Source: Pseudomonadota bacterium (GTDB lineage Bacteria; Bdellovibrionota_B; Oligoflexia; Oligoflexales; CAIYRB01). Taken from it: a stretch of 52,422 bases of DNA. A model generated the notes under the pieces. The model worked only from the letters and a program-made list of their open reading frames with translations, was not told the origin of the DNA and did not search any database. How positions within the stretch are numbered: position 1 is the first letter of the stretch; every line of letters begins with the position of its first letter. Both the position numbers and the translations under genes were made by a program. The stretch lies in NCBI GenBank assembly GCA_031416315.1, contig JANOTL010000020.1, positions 1 through 52,422 of the forward strand. The letters run 5' to 3'. Positions 7,583 to 17,636 of this stretch are shown here, in pieces.

Positions 7583-8994
7583 TAGAAACGGTCTCGCGCG
7601 ATGAGCCGGTCAAAGGTCTCTCGTTCTCTGACGAGGCGTACCGCTCCGTCCGCGATCATGACGGATGCCGGCCGTCCAAACGAGAATGCGGTGGAATCCG
7701 GCTCGAAATACGCACCCGAATCCATGATCAACAACGGATCGCCGGCCTCCATGGCGGGCAGGGAGATGCATTGATAAATGACGTCTCCGGGCTGACAGAT
7801 CGGACCGGCGAGGCGATAGCGGTGGTCGCGGGGCACCTCGGGCTTCGAGGCATGGAAAACTTCGTGATACTCGCTCCGAAGGATGCTCGCCAAATTAATG
7901 CCGGCGTCTAGAATTGCGAACGCCGGGGCGTCCGGTACGGCTCGAACGGTCATGACCGAGCAGGCAAGCGCCTGGGCGTCCCCCGTCAACGCGCGGCCCG
8001 GTTCGATCATCAAGCGCGGCACAGGCCGCTCAGCTGCTTGAAAATGACTTTCGACCTGCTCTAACACTAGGCGCGCATAGTCAGCACGCGACAAGCTCCG
8101 CGCGGGGTCCTCACCACCGACGTCGACATGAAACGTTTGTCCCAGGCGAACGTCACGAGGCGTGTAGGGGCGGACCGTCGGGACCCCCAAGCTTCCGCCG
8201 AGATCCAGGATCTCGGGGGAGTATCCGAGCTTGCTTTTCAGGACGTCCGCGAACTGCAGCACCTCCCAGACGAAGGCCTGCAACGTCTCAGCGTCGCGAA
8301 TTTTTCCGCCGCGATGGGAATGCAGCCCGACGACCGCAAGCTCGGGCAGCGCCAGCGCGCGGCGAAAGGCTTCAAAAGCCTCGCCCGATGCGATCGGAAG
8401 TCCAAACTGCATCGCCCAGCCGCCACTAGTGCCAACGCGGATTCCGACCCTCGCCTTTCGCTTGAGGCTACGAGCGATGGCGGCAATGCTCTCGATCTCT
8501 TCGAGATGGTTGACGTTTAGGAGCAGAATGTCCCGTTCGATGGCGGTCCGAATGGATTTCTCGGATTTGCCAGGGCCGTTGTAAATGATCCGATCTGCCG
8601 GCACGCCGAGGTGAAGCGCAAGATCCAGCTCGAACTCCGAAATGACCTCCGCGCCGACACCGAGGTCATGCAGCCTACGCAACACGGCGGGAACCGGTTG
8701 CGTCTTGTAGGAAAAGAAGATGTCGAGTTTCCGGCCGGAGGCGGACGGCCCCGAGAGCTCCGCGACGTTGGCGCGTAGACGCTCGTCATCAATGATGTGA
8801 AGGGGGCTACCGAACGTCTTGAGGAGCTCCGGCACCGACCACGCTGCGTACTGGAGCGTTCCGTTCGCGGAAAGAGCCAGATTCCAATGCCGACGCGGAA
8901 TGCGGTAGGCGGCCTTCGCCAGGGCGCGCACGACGGGACGCGCGCCGCCCTTAACCAACGCTTTCGCCTTCATTACCAATGACATCCATCGCAC
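7582..8994 (-). CDS. PLP-dependent fold-III decarboxylase (LysA/diaminopimelate decarboxylase-like)
   Basis: FFSYKT, YNGPGK, GLHSH, DLGG, EPGR, GPIC, GAY motifs. Confidence 0.88.
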   Translation of the reverse strand: MRWMSLVMKAKALVKGGARPVVRALAKAAYRIPRRHWNLALSANGTLQYAAWSVPELLKTFGSPLHIIDDERLRANVAELSGPSASGRKLDIFFSYKTQPVPAVLRRLHDLGVGAEVISEFELDLALHLGVPADRIIYNGPGKSEKSIRTAIERDILLLNVNHLEEIESIAAIARSLKRKARVGIRVGTSGGWAMQFGLPIASGEAFEAFRRALALPELAVVGLHSHRGGKIRDAETLQAFVWEVLQFADVLKSKLGYSPEILDLGGSLGVPTVRPYTPRDVRLGQTFHVDVGGEDPARSLSRADYARLVLEQVESHFQAAERPVPRLMIEPGRALTGDAQALACSVMTVRAVPDAPAFAILDAGINLASILRSEYHEVFHASKPEVPRDHRYRLAGPICQPGDVIYQCISLPAMEAGDPLLIMDSGAYFEPDSTAFSFGRPASVMIADGAVRLVRERETFDRLIARDRF

Positions 8995-9096
8995 CTAATT
9001 GAATACAAAAAATTTGACTCAGGGAGATTACTATTGTAAATCACGCGCATCAAGATCTATTTCTATTGATAGTTATAAAAAGACGTCTGATTTAAA
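8995..9096. promoter_or_regulatory. AT-rich divergent promoter region
   Basis: Sharp AT enrichment, TTGACT at 9014-9019, between divergent genes. Confidence 0.5.
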
Positions 9097-9918
9097 ATGG
9101 TTAGACCCTTGAATACTAAGGATCTGTCAGTCGTCATACCTACGTTTCGCCGCGAACGGGAGGTCGTGCGCGCGATTGAGAGCGTCCTGACCCTCGACGG
9201 GCTTCAAATCGAAGTATTCGTCGAGGACGACAGCCCTGAAGGGTCCGCCGAGCCCTTTGTCCGCGCCATTATCGACCCCCGCGTCACCTACCGGCGGCGC
9301 CATGTCGCAACCGGTGGTCGTCCTGCAATCGTTCGCAACGACGCCGCGGTGCGCGCAAGTGGTCGATATCTCTACTTTCTCGACGACGACGACCAAGCGA
9401 ACGCCCGCGCGCTGACGGCGATGGTTGCTGCATTGGAGCGCACCGGCAACGGCGTTGCGATCGGGGTCGTCCGTCCTTTCGGCCCGCTGGGAAACAAGGT
9501 CGTCGACCACGAGCGACTTCGCTATCAGCTCGCCGAACGCATCATGCCGCGGGTGCGATCACGGTTCGAACTCGTGAGACGGCTGCTATTCCGAGATTCG
9601 ATCGTCGTTTGCAGCGCGTGCATGATCCGACGCTCGGTCTTTGAAGAAATCGGGGGCTTTGACCCGACCGTGCCTTTGTACGAGGACGTTGGCATGTACA
9701 TTCGCGCGATTCGTCGCGCGGGGTTCGTTTTCGTTCCTGAGGTCCTTTTGCAGCGTCGAACCGGCGAAGCTTCCCTTCTGCAAAACGAGACCGACGGACG
9801 GCGGACATCGGACAGCTATCGGATGATTCATCACGGCTACCGGAACGAGTTTGGCCGACTGGAATATCTAGCTCTCCGTATCTGGACAGCGCTCTCACGG
9901 CAAGAGGCACTAGGATGA
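9097..9918 (+). CDS. Glycosyltransferase family 2
   Basis: SVVIPTF, EDDS, RN, YFLDDDD, IGGFD, YED. Confidence 0.92.
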   Translation: MVRPLNTKDLSVVIPTFRREREVVRAIESVLTLDGLQIEVFVEDDSPEGSAEPFVRAIIDPRVTYRRRHVATGGRPAIVRNDAAVRASGRYLYFLDDDDQANARALTAMVAALERTGNGVAIGVVRPFGPLGNKVVDHERLRYQLAERIMPRVRSRFELVRRLLFRDSIVVCSACMIRRSVFEEIGGFDPTVPLYEDVGMYIRAIRRAGFVFVPEVLLQRRTGEASLLQNETDGRRTSDSYRMIHHGYRNEFGRLEYLALRIWTALSRQEALG

Positions 9919-11213
9919 CGGCGACGAGTCAGCAGGGCGCTGTTGTCCTCACGAGCGGCGGCTTCTACGGAACCCTGGCAGCAGCGCGGTCCTTCGGCCG
10001 ACGCGGGTTCACCGTCACGCTCGCCGACGGCGAGTTGAGGACGCCGACGCGCTTCTCGAGGTACGTACGTAGCTCGGTGCGCTGTCCGGATCGTCTCGAT
10101 TTTGAAGGTCTAAGGGACTGGCTCGTCGGATTCGGCAAGACGCAGAAGGGAAGCCTGCTCTATCCCTGTAGCGACGATCATGCATGGGTCGTTGCGAAGT
10201 ATCGCGACGAGCTGTCGAAGTGGTACACGCTCTATCAACCGCCGCTTGCCACGATTGAAGCGCTTCTCAACAAAGAAAAGCTCTACACGGCCTGTGCCCG
10301 GCTCGGCATTCCTACTCCGCCTACGTATTTTCCGCGGAACGACGGGGATTTGGAGCGCATAGCGACGCAGCTCTCCGGCCGGTTCCTCGTCAAACCGAAG
10401 ACTCAAGTCGGGATGCGCATCAACAAGAAGGCGGAGGCGTTCGACGCCGGCCCCGGAATGGCCTCCGCATACCACCGCTTTCGCGAGGCGTTCACCTACA
10501 ACGAGTCGATGATCGAGCATGACCCGTCGCTCGCGTGGCCTATGCTTCAGCAGTTTCGCAGCGAAGCGTCCCGCGAGACAATCAGCATCGCCGGCTTCGT
10601 CGACGAAAAAGCCGGAATTTTCTGTCTGCGCGCGTCGCAAAAGGTTCTGCAGTATCCCATCAACATCGGCGTCGGGCTTGGCTTCGCCGGCATCGAGCCC
10701 CCGCCCGCGCTGGTCGAACGCGTACGTCGCATCTGCCAGGACGTCGACTACTTCGGCGTCTTTGAGGTTGAATTCATCAAAGTCGCAGGCGCCCGAGACG
10801 GCGAGCACGAATACCTACTGATGGATTTCAATCCTAGATTCTACGGGCAGATGCAGTTCGAAATCAGTCGTGGCCTCGACTTGCCTGGATTGGTCGAGGC
10901 TTGCGCTCGAGGCGACTACTCGGCGGCATCGGGCCTCGCGGCGCGAATGGCAACGCATTCACCGAACCCCGCTCGCTTTGCGAATGGGTGGTTGCTCAAG
11001 TTCGTGACGACCACCCAGTGGATGGGAAGGCGCCTTTCCTGGAAAAGCCATCGGGAGTGGGCGCGTTGGGTCCAGGCCGAGGATCGCTCAGCCGTCGATC
11101 AGGTTCATGATCGAGACGACCTCATGCCCCTGGTGGCGGACATCGTTTTGCGCCTTGCGAGCTACGTCAAGTATCCGCGCAGCTCCTTAAGGACATTGTT
11201 CGGCGCTGCCTAG
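9915..11213 (+). CDS. ATP-grasp carboxylate-amine ligase
   Basis: LLNKEKLY, GIPTPPT, FLVKPK, GVFEVEF, LMDFNPRF. Confidence 0.85.
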   Translation: MTATSQQGAVVLTSGGFYGTLAAARSFGRRGFTVTLADGELRTPTRFSRYVRSSVRCPDRLDFEGLRDWLVGFGKTQKGSLLYPCSDDHAWVVAKYRDELSKWYTLYQPPLATIEALLNKEKLYTACARLGIPTPPTYFPRNDGDLERIATQLSGRFLVKPKTQVGMRINKKAEAFDAGPGMASAYHRFREAFTYNESMIEHDPSLAWPMLQQFRSEASRETISIAGFVDEKAGIFCLRASQKVLQYPINIGVGLGFAGIEPPPALVERVRRICQDVDYFGVFEVEFIKVAGARDGEHEYLLMDFNPRFYGQMQFEISRGLDLPGLVEACARGDYSAASGLAARMATHSPNPARFANGWLLKFVTTTQWMGRRLSWKSHREWARWVQAEDRSAVDQVHDRDDLMPLVADIVLRLASYVKYPRSSLRTLFGAA

Positions 11214-11218
11214 GACGC

Positions 11219-12751
11219 CTACTTGCGCAAACGTAGGCGAACGTACGCTGTCGCCTTCGCGAAGTCCGCGCGGGTCATTAGTCCGGTAACCAAAGTAAAC
11301 GAAGGCACCAAGATGACGTAAGCGCTGATCCGAAGTGCCAGCGGTGCGGCTGAAATTGCATCGTACTTCGCGAACAAGGCGATCAGCGGCAACGTACAAA
11401 GCGCGGTGAGCCGAAAAACGGTCCCGCGGTGAAAGGGACTAGCTCCATGTGAGCTCACAAAAATCATGGCAGTCGTCGCCAACAGTTGCGATAGGACGGT
11501 CGAGAGTGCCGCTCCCAGTCCCGCACCTCCCGGCCCCCAGTTCGCAAGACCGTGCTTGATAAGCACGTAGTTCAGGCATGCATCCATTGCGATGGACACG
11601 GCCTGTATGATCGCAATCTGCTTTCCGGACGTGACGACCGTCAGATGGCTGTAAATCAGAATACTGACATAGGTCAACGGAACGGTCGGGCTCAATACCG
11701 CGACTATGCGCGCAGATGACGCGAAGGCGTCCCCGTAAAGTAGTGCCGTGGCAATGTCGGCGAACACGATGAGTCCGGCTCCGAGCACCAAAGAACCAAG
11801 CGCCGTGACGCGGACGAAACCGTTGATAAGCGTGGCATATTTCTCGCGAGCATGAAAGTAGGTCTCTGACATGTGCGGCACGAGACCGTTGGTGATGATG
11901 GTCAGAAACAGCAGGAAGACGCCCTTCAAACGCGTGGCGGCTCCGTAGTAGCCGAGCTCGGTGTCGCCCGCGATGCCACCGACCATCGCTGCATCGACAT
12001 TCGAGTATGCATCCGAGAAAATCATCGCCGCCATGAACGGCGCGCTCGAGACGAGAATTCGGCGCAGCAACGTTGCGTCGAACCGGACGACGAGGAAACC
12101 CTCCCTTCGTGCCGCTCGAAGAAGCCAGACGAGGCCTAGTACTTCTGACAATGCAGCTGCGCCCGCCATGAGGGCCAGGTTCTTCGTATAGAATGCCGCC
12201 GCACAAACGCCGCCGACGTAGGCGACCTTGGTCATGATGTCGACGCGAGACGTCAGATCGACATAGTGCAATGCAATGAAGGCTTGCTTGATGACGTTAC
12301 GATGAATAGTTGCTGCGGCGCAGTAGACGCCCATGAGCATGATCGCGAAAGTCAACGTTTCGTCGCGCCCGCCACCACGATATGCGCCGTACAGAATGGC
12401 GGCGATGACGAGCGCGCCGACTGCTTGGAACACCAAGATCGACCAAAAGGCTTCGACCAGGTGCTCGCGCCGGCCAGGTACCGTCCTGCGTATGTAGGAT
12501 TCGATGCCGAAATTCAAGAAGGTAAAGAAGAGCGCCGGAAAAGCTTCGGCGAAGTAGAAACGACCAAGGAGATCTACGCCCAGCAAACGCGGCAAGTACA
12601 TGCGCATTGCCAGGCTCAATAACATGGTACCGAAGAGCGTCTGCGTGAGTTTCGCGACGTTTCGGGTAATCGACTTCGGGCCTAAGGATGGACCGCCCGG
12701 ACTCGAAGGAAGGTTCTGGGGGACGTCTGCGATTTCGAACACCTGCTGCAA
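11219..12751 (-). CDS. Wzx-like oligosaccharide flippase
   Basis: Many TM segments, YLPRLLG, LGYYGAA, GAALSTVLSQ. Confidence 0.85.
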   Translation of the reverse strand: MQQVFEIADVPQNLPSSPGGPSLGPKSITRNVAKLTQTLFGTMLLSLAMRMYLPRLLGVDLLGRFYFAEAFPALFFTFLNFGIESYIRRTVPGRREHLVEAFWSILVFQAVGALVIAAILYGAYRGGGRDETLTFAIMLMGVYCAAATIHRNVIKQAFIALHYVDLTSRVDIMTKVAYVGGVCAAAFYTKNLALMAGAAALSEVLGLVWLLRAARREGFLVVRFDATLLRRILVSSAPFMAAMIFSDAYSNVDAAMVGGIAGDTELGYYGAATRLKGVFLLFLTIITNGLVPHMSETYFHAREKYATLINGFVRVTALGSLVLGAGLIVFADIATALLYGDAFASSARIVAVLSPTVPLTYVSILIYSHLTVVTSGKQIAIIQAVSIAMDACLNYVLIKHGLANWGPGGAGLGAALSTVLSQLLATTAMIFVSSHGASPFHRGTVFRLTALCTLPLIALFAKYDAISAAPLALRISAYVILVPSFTLVTGLMTRADFAKATAYVRLRLRK

Positions 12752-12981
12752 ATGGTCGAGCTGGTCGGAGGGAGCGGGGCTGGCGCGTCGGGCACTTCAA
12801 TTGTAGCACTCGGGAAATGCGCGCCTACAGCCTGCTTCGTTCACACAAGATACCTCCTCCGCGGCTCCACGCTTAAGCAAGGCGCGCCGAATTGGCCTGC
12901 TAATGCGTCAGGTTAGCATGTCGCTGTGACTCGCGATCCTTGATAAGAATGCCTCAGATCTCACACCCCTTGGAGGCTGCT

Positions 12982-13476
12982 ATGAAACTTGTTCTATCGC
13001 TCTTGACTGCCCTATTCGTCGCGACGCCGGCATTTGCCGATCATGCTCTCGAGAACGCGCGCTACATCGCGCAGCTTTCTTACACCGCGGCTGATGACGC
13101 CGAATCCCTGCAACATACGGCCTACCGCGAGGCGGGTTGGATCGGACGGGATCTGGACCGTCCGGCGCCGCGTGATCATCGCGAAGACAATCTCCTTGCC
13201 CTCGCGCAAGCGGCGCGCGATCTGCACTTCGCGCTCAGCGATCTCTATCGCGTCTCTTACTACGCAATGGGTCCGGTTCCTCCGGACCATCGCGGCGACA
13301 ACATCCGCGCAGAGTTCGAAAGAGCTCGTCGCGAGAATCAGCGCCTTCGTTACGCCTACTATGAGCTGTCTGCCTACTCGCTTAGCTATCGCCTGCAACA
13401 GTTGTATACCAATGCGCAGAACTCGATGGAAAGTCTTGCTTGGTACGTGTACGGCGCCAATGAGCCGGGCACCTGA
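12982..13476 (+). CDS. Exported helical protein with DH/DHR motifs (paralog of 24867-25304)
   Basis: RBS GGAGG, signal AFA|DH, RDHRE, AARDLHF, DHRG; followed by terminator. Confidence 0.75.
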   Translation: MKLVLSLLTALFVATPAFADHALENARYIAQLSYTAADDAESLQHTAYREAGWIGRDLDRPAPRDHREDNLLALAQAARDLHFALSDLYRVSYYAMGPVPPDHRGDNIRAEFERARRENQRLRYAYYELSAYSLSYRLQQLYTNAQNSMESLAWYVYGANEPGT

Positions 13477-13500
13477 ACCGTTTCTTCAGCACATGAAGGG

Positions 13501-13528
13501 AAGCCCCGACGAATGTCGGGGCTTTTTT
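13501..13528 (+). terminator. Rho-independent terminator
   Basis: AAGCCCCGAC-gaat-GTCGGGGCTT-TTTT. Confidence 0.9.
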
Positions 13529-13570
13529 GTTGTTGCCGGCGCTATAACCAGGCGCCTCGTTCCACGCGAA

Positions 13571-13828
13571 CTAAGATTGAGTCGCCGAACGCGGACTCGG
13601 CGAGCGCCGCAATTCCTTCTTCAATACCTTGCTCTCGACGCCATGACATCGGTCGTTGTGGAGCTGTTGCGCTGACTCTGCGCGCTTCGAGGCCGTGCGC
13701 TCGATTCCCTGTCTATCGATCCGCGACTGCCCGGCTTCGGTCGCGCCGATCGCAGCAGTCGGCAAAGTCACGGTTACAGCTGCGAGAAGTGAAGAAACAA
13801 AGCTGAAAAGCGTTAGCTTGCGTCGCAT
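13571..13828 (-). CDS. Small exported hypothetical protein
   Basis: Signal-like N-terminus, RBS AAGGGGG, preceded by GTCACA-N17-GTA promoter. Confidence 0.5.
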   Translation of the reverse strand: MRRKLTLFSFVSSLLAAVTVTLPTAAIGATEAGQSRIDRQGIERTASKRAESAQQLHNDRCHGVESKVLKKELRRSPSPRSATQS

Positions 13829-13873
13829 TTAGACCCCCTTGAGGATTGAAGGAGCCGCTTTGGCTCTCGAGAG

Positions 13874-13902
13874 AAGTACCTCCGAGAGTGCGGATTTGTG
13901 AC
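13874..13902 (-). promoter_or_regulatory. ECF-type promoter GTCACA-N17-GTA
   Basis: minus strand GTCACA-aatccgcactctcggag-GTACTT. Confidence 0.65.
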
Positions 13903-13975
13903 GCGTCCGAGCTCAAGAAATTGCCTAAGGTAGCGATAAGAATGTGAACTGTTACCTCACGTTCGGAGCCACCTC

Positions 13976-14182
13976 ATGACAAAGCTCGCACGCTCGATTC
14001 CGGTGATGATTTTAGGTGCCGGCGTCACGATGCTGTTCAGCATTTCGACCGCGTGCGAATCGGGCGGGAAAGATCACGCCGATCCCGCGATGGAGGAAAG
14101 CGGCCATTCCCACGCTGAAGGCGAGGAGCACAGCCACGACAAGAAGACCAAAAAGAAGAAGAAGAAAAAGAAGAAAAGCTAG
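13976..14182 (+). CDS. Small His-rich lipoprotein with poly-Lys tail
   Basis: STAC lipobox-like, GHSHAEGEEHSHD, KKKKKKKKK. Confidence 0.6.
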   Translation: MTKLARSIPVMILGAGVTMLFSISTACESGGKDHADPAMEESGHSHAEGEEHSHDKKTKKKKKKKKKS

Positions 14183-14227
14183 AGTCCTGTAGCTGATATG
14201 CAACCGCCGCAGAACGAACGCTCTGGT

Positions 14228-14470
14228 TCACTTGGAGCTTTCGGTCCCGCTACCAGCTTCGCCTTCTGGCGTTTCCGATTCGTGCTTCGTCCACTGACCT
14301 TTTTGCTTTGCACAGTCCGCGGCCTTCGCTTTGTCGTTCTTGCCCTTCGTTGGGATCTCCTTGTTTTTCTTGATGCACACCCAGTGCTCCTCTGTCCCAT
14401 GGGCGTGCGCCACCGTGGAGACCGCCAGTGCAAGACATCCGCTAAGCAGAGCCATTTTCATCAATTTCAT
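14228..14470 (-). CDS. Small exported protein with N-terminal His and a Cys pair
   Basis: AHA|HGTEEHWVC...DC; directly downstream of the RND gene. Confidence 0.65.
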   Translation of the reverse strand: MKLMKMALLSGCLALAVSTVAHAHGTEEHWVCIKKNKEIPTKGKNDKAKAADCAKQKGQWTKHESETPEGEAGSGTESSK

Positions 14471-14489
14471 GCGCCAATTCCTTCCGCGG

Positions 14490-17400
14490 TTAGAATTCTA
14501 CGTCGCGTAGCTCTTTCTCTTCCTTGGCGTGGTCGCGCTGGATCTTCCTGAGCGCCTTCTGAGCACTCGCTTTTCCGAAAGCGAAGAACACGGCTGGCGT
14601 AACTGCCATGTCGAGCAGAGTACTGCTGATTAGGCCACCAAGAATGACGACCGCGACGGGGTGCAGAATCTCTTTGCCAGGCTCGCCTGCCGCCATCACG
14701 ATCGGCACAAGCGCTAGGGCCGCCGTCAGCGCCGTCATCAGGACGGGAACCAAGCGCTCGAGGCTGCCGCGAACGACCATCTCTGCCGTAAATCCCTCTC
14801 CCTCGTGCGCCATCAGGTGAAGATAGTGCGAAATCATCATGATGCCGTTGCGCGACGCGATGCCGCACAAGGTCACGAAGCCCACCAGCGTCGCGACGGA
14901 AAAAACACCTCCGGAAAGGTAGACGGCGACACAGCTACCGATCAACGCCAACGGAATGTTCAACATGATCTGAGCGGCGATGATCCAAGAGCCGAAGTGT
15001 GCGTAAAGCACGAGCAAAATACCGACCAAGGATATGATCGAAAGCAGGCCAATCGTCCGGGTCGCATTGACCTGGCTCTCGAATTGGCCGCCAAGCTCGA
15101 AGAAGTAGCCTTCCGGCAGCTTTACTTGCGTCTCCAAGGTCTTTTTGAGGTCGGTAACGACCGAGCCCAAGTCCTTGCCCTCCGTGTTCGCCGACACGAC
15201 GATGCGACGCTGTCCATTTTCCCGGTTCACCTGGTTCGGACCATTGCTGATTTGAACCTTGGCGAGCTCGCCGAGCGGGACCTTGGTCCCGAGAGGCGTA
15301 TCGATCAGCAAAGCCTCCATCGTCCTTGGCTCGTCCTTGTAGTCCTGGTCGACGCGCAAGACGACGTCGTACGCGCGATCGCCCTGGAATACTTGCCCGA
15401 CCTGCTTGCCGAGGAAACCGTCCTCCAACCATTCGGAGAGTGTCCCGGCACGCATACCGTAGACGGCCAGCTTCGCGGGATCGGGCAAAATTTGAATCTG
15501 CGGAATGAGCACCGTCTTTTCCACCTGGAGATCGACAAGCCCTTCCACCCCCTTCAGCTTTTCGGCGGTCTCGGCGGCGAGAGAGCGTAGAGTTCCCAAG
15601 TCCGGACCGAAGATTTTCAGGGCAATCTGGGCCCGTACGCCACTTAGAAGGTGGTCGAGGCGATGGGAGATGGGTTGACCGATGTTGGCGACGACTCCGG
15701 GGATCTCAGCCAACTGTCGGCGAAGGTCCCCTAGAATCGCCTCGCGCGAGCGATCCGACTTCTTGAGGTCGACGTCAACCTCTGACGAATGGACACCTTC
15801 AGCATGCTCGTCTTGCTCAGCACGGCCCGTTCGCCTTCCGACCGACACGGTTTCGGGCACGCGCATCAATTGCTGTTCGGCGATCGTTCCGATGCGGTTC
15901 GACTCCGCCAGACTCGTGCCTGGCGGCAGCAAGAGGCTGATCGTGACCGTGCCTTCGTTAAATGGCGGTAGAAACTCGCGACCCATGAAAGCGATGGAAG
16001 TCACCGCGCCGGCGACGCCGAGGACGCACACGATGATCACGAGGCGCGCACGCGGAAGCACGACCTCGAGAAGTCGTCGATCCAAACGCTTTAGCCACCG
16101 TACGAAAGAACCGTCATCGGCGTGTGCCGTCGCTTTGGACTTGGGCAATAGGTACGAGCACAGCACTGGTGTCACTGTCATCGACACGACCAGTGACGCG
16201 AGAATGGAGACGACATAAGCGACGCCGAGCGGAACAAACAAGCGGCCTTCGATTCCGCCCATTGAGAAGAGCGGGATGAACACGAGAATCACGATGATCG
16301 TCGCGAATACGATCGAGTTGCGAACCTCGGCAGACGCTTTGAAAATCACCTTCAGGGAGTTTTCGGGCGTCGCCTTAGCACGGTTCTCGCGAAGTCGTCG
16401 GAAGACATTTTCCACGTCGACGATCGCATCGTCGACGAGCTCGCCAATGGCGACGGCGAGACCCCCCAACGTCATCGTATTGATCGAGACTCCAAAGGCA
16501 TTCAGGACGAGCGCCGTGATGACGAACGACAACGGAATCGCCGTCAACGTAATCATCGTCGTGCGGAAATTGAGGAGAAACAGGAAAAGAATGATGATCA
16601 CGAGGATCGAGCCGTCGCGCAGCGCCTCCTCGACGTTGCCGACCGCGGCCTCAATGAAGTTGGCTTGTTTGAAGAGCTCGTAGATTTTCGCCTTGTCACC
16701 TACGGTCTTCTGCAAGTCGGCCAGCGCTGCCTCGATGTCGCGGGTCAAGGCGACCGTATTCGCGCCTGGCTGCTTTTGAATGCTGAGGATGACACCGGGT
16801 ATACCGTTGACGCTTGCGTCGCCGCGCATCGGCTGGACGCCCTCTCGGACGTCGGCGACCTGATCGAACCGAATCGGGACGCCCTTCTTGATCGCAGCGG
16901 GCGAGCGTTCAATGTCCTCGACGCTGGACATGCGGCCGATGTTCCGAATCAGGCGCTCTTGGTGGGCGTCTTCCGAGTAGCCGCCGGTCGAGTTTCGACC
17001 GAGCTCCAAAGCTGCCGCTTCGACCTCTCCCATCGACAGGCCGAACTCCTTCAGCTTGACGGGATCGAGATTGAGTTGAAACTGTTTGACGCCTCCACCG
17101 ATCGCAATGACCTGTGCGACGCCGGGGATCGACTGGAGCCTTGGCCGCACGACCCAGTCCGCCATGGTCCTGAGGTCCATGGGCTCGACCTCGCTGCTGG
17201 TCATACCGACGAGCATGATCTCGCCCATGATGCTGGTGATCGGACCGATCGCGGGATTGATCCCGGTCGGAAGCGACTCGCGTAGCGAAGTCATCTTCTC
17301 TGAAACGAGCTGACGATCGACGAGCAGCTCCGTCTTCCAGTCGAATTCGACGTAGACGATCGAGAGACCGATGCCGCTGGTCGACCTGACGCGCGTGACG

Positions 17401-17633
17401 CCGGCGAGGCCGGCCATGGCCATCTCGATGGGTCGCGTGACGAGGCTCTCGACCTCCTCCGGAGCATAGCCTTCGGCTTCCGCCATGATGGTGACTGTCG
17501 GCCGGTTGAGGTCGGGAAAGACGTCGATCGGCATCTCGATGATCGTCTTGCCGCCGAGCGCGGTCACGAGAACCGCCACCGCGAGAATCAGCAGCCGATT
17601 ATGAAGGGAGAAAGCGATGATCCGGTTGAGCAT
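14490..17633 (-). CDS. Heavy-metal RND permease (CzcA/CusA family, His-type)
   Basis: 1047 aa; PIDVFPDL, VDDAIVDVEN, FLPPFNEG, EHAEGVHSSE, ISHRLDH, ERLVPVLMTAL. Confidence 0.96.
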   Translation of the reverse strand: MLNRIIAFSLHNRLLILAVAVLVTALGGKTIIEMPIDVFPDLNRPTVTIMAEAEGYAPEEVESLVTRPIEMAMAGLAGVTRVRSTSGIGLSIVYVEFDWKTELLVDRQLVSEKMTSLRESLPTGINPAIGPITSIMGEIMLVGMTSSEVEPMDLRTMADWVVRPRLQSIPGVAQVIAIGGGVKQFQLNLDPVKLKEFGLSMGEVEAAALELGRNSTGGYSEDAHQERLIRNIGRMSSVEDIERSPAAIKKGVPIRFDQVADVREGVQPMRGDASVNGIPGVILSIQKQPGANTVALTRDIEAALADLQKTVGDKAKIYELFKQANFIEAAVGNVEEALRDGSILVIIILFLFLLNFRTTMITLTAIPLSFVITALVLNAFGVSINTMTLGGLAVAIGELVDDAIVDVENVFRRLRENRAKATPENSLKVIFKASAEVRNSIVFATIIVILVFIPLFSMGGIEGRLFVPLGVAYVVSILASLVVSMTVTPVLCSYLLPKSKATAHADDGSFVRWLKRLDRRLLEVVLPRARLVIIVCVLGVAGAVTSIAFMGREFLPPFNEGTVTISLLLPPGTSLAESNRIGTIAEQQLMRVPETVSVGRRTGRAEQDEHAEGVHSSEVDVDLKKSDRSREAILGDLRRQLAEIPGVVANIGQPISHRLDHLLSGVRAQIALKIFGPDLGTLRSLAAETAEKLKGVEGLVDLQVEKTVLIPQIQILPDPAKLAVYGMRAGTLSEWLEDGFLGKQVGQVFQGDRAYDVVLRVDQDYKDEPRTMEALLIDTPLGTKVPLGELAKVQISNGPNQVNRENGQRRIVVSANTEGKDLGSVVTDLKKTLETQVKLPEGYFFELGGQFESQVNATRTIGLLSIISLVGILLVLYAHFGSWIIAAQIMLNIPLALIGSCVAVYLSGGVFSVATLVGFVTLCGIASRNGIMMISHYLHLMAHEGEGFTAEMVVRGSLERLVPVLMTALTAALALVPIVMAAGEPGKEILHPVAVVILGGLISSTLLDMAVTPAVFFAFGKASAQKALRKIQRDHAKEEKELRDVEF

Positions 17634-17636
17634 GGC

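Noticed and set aside
12900..12931. GTCACA on minus strand upstream of the flippase
   Set aside because: No GTA at the 17-nt spacing; not counted in the regulon
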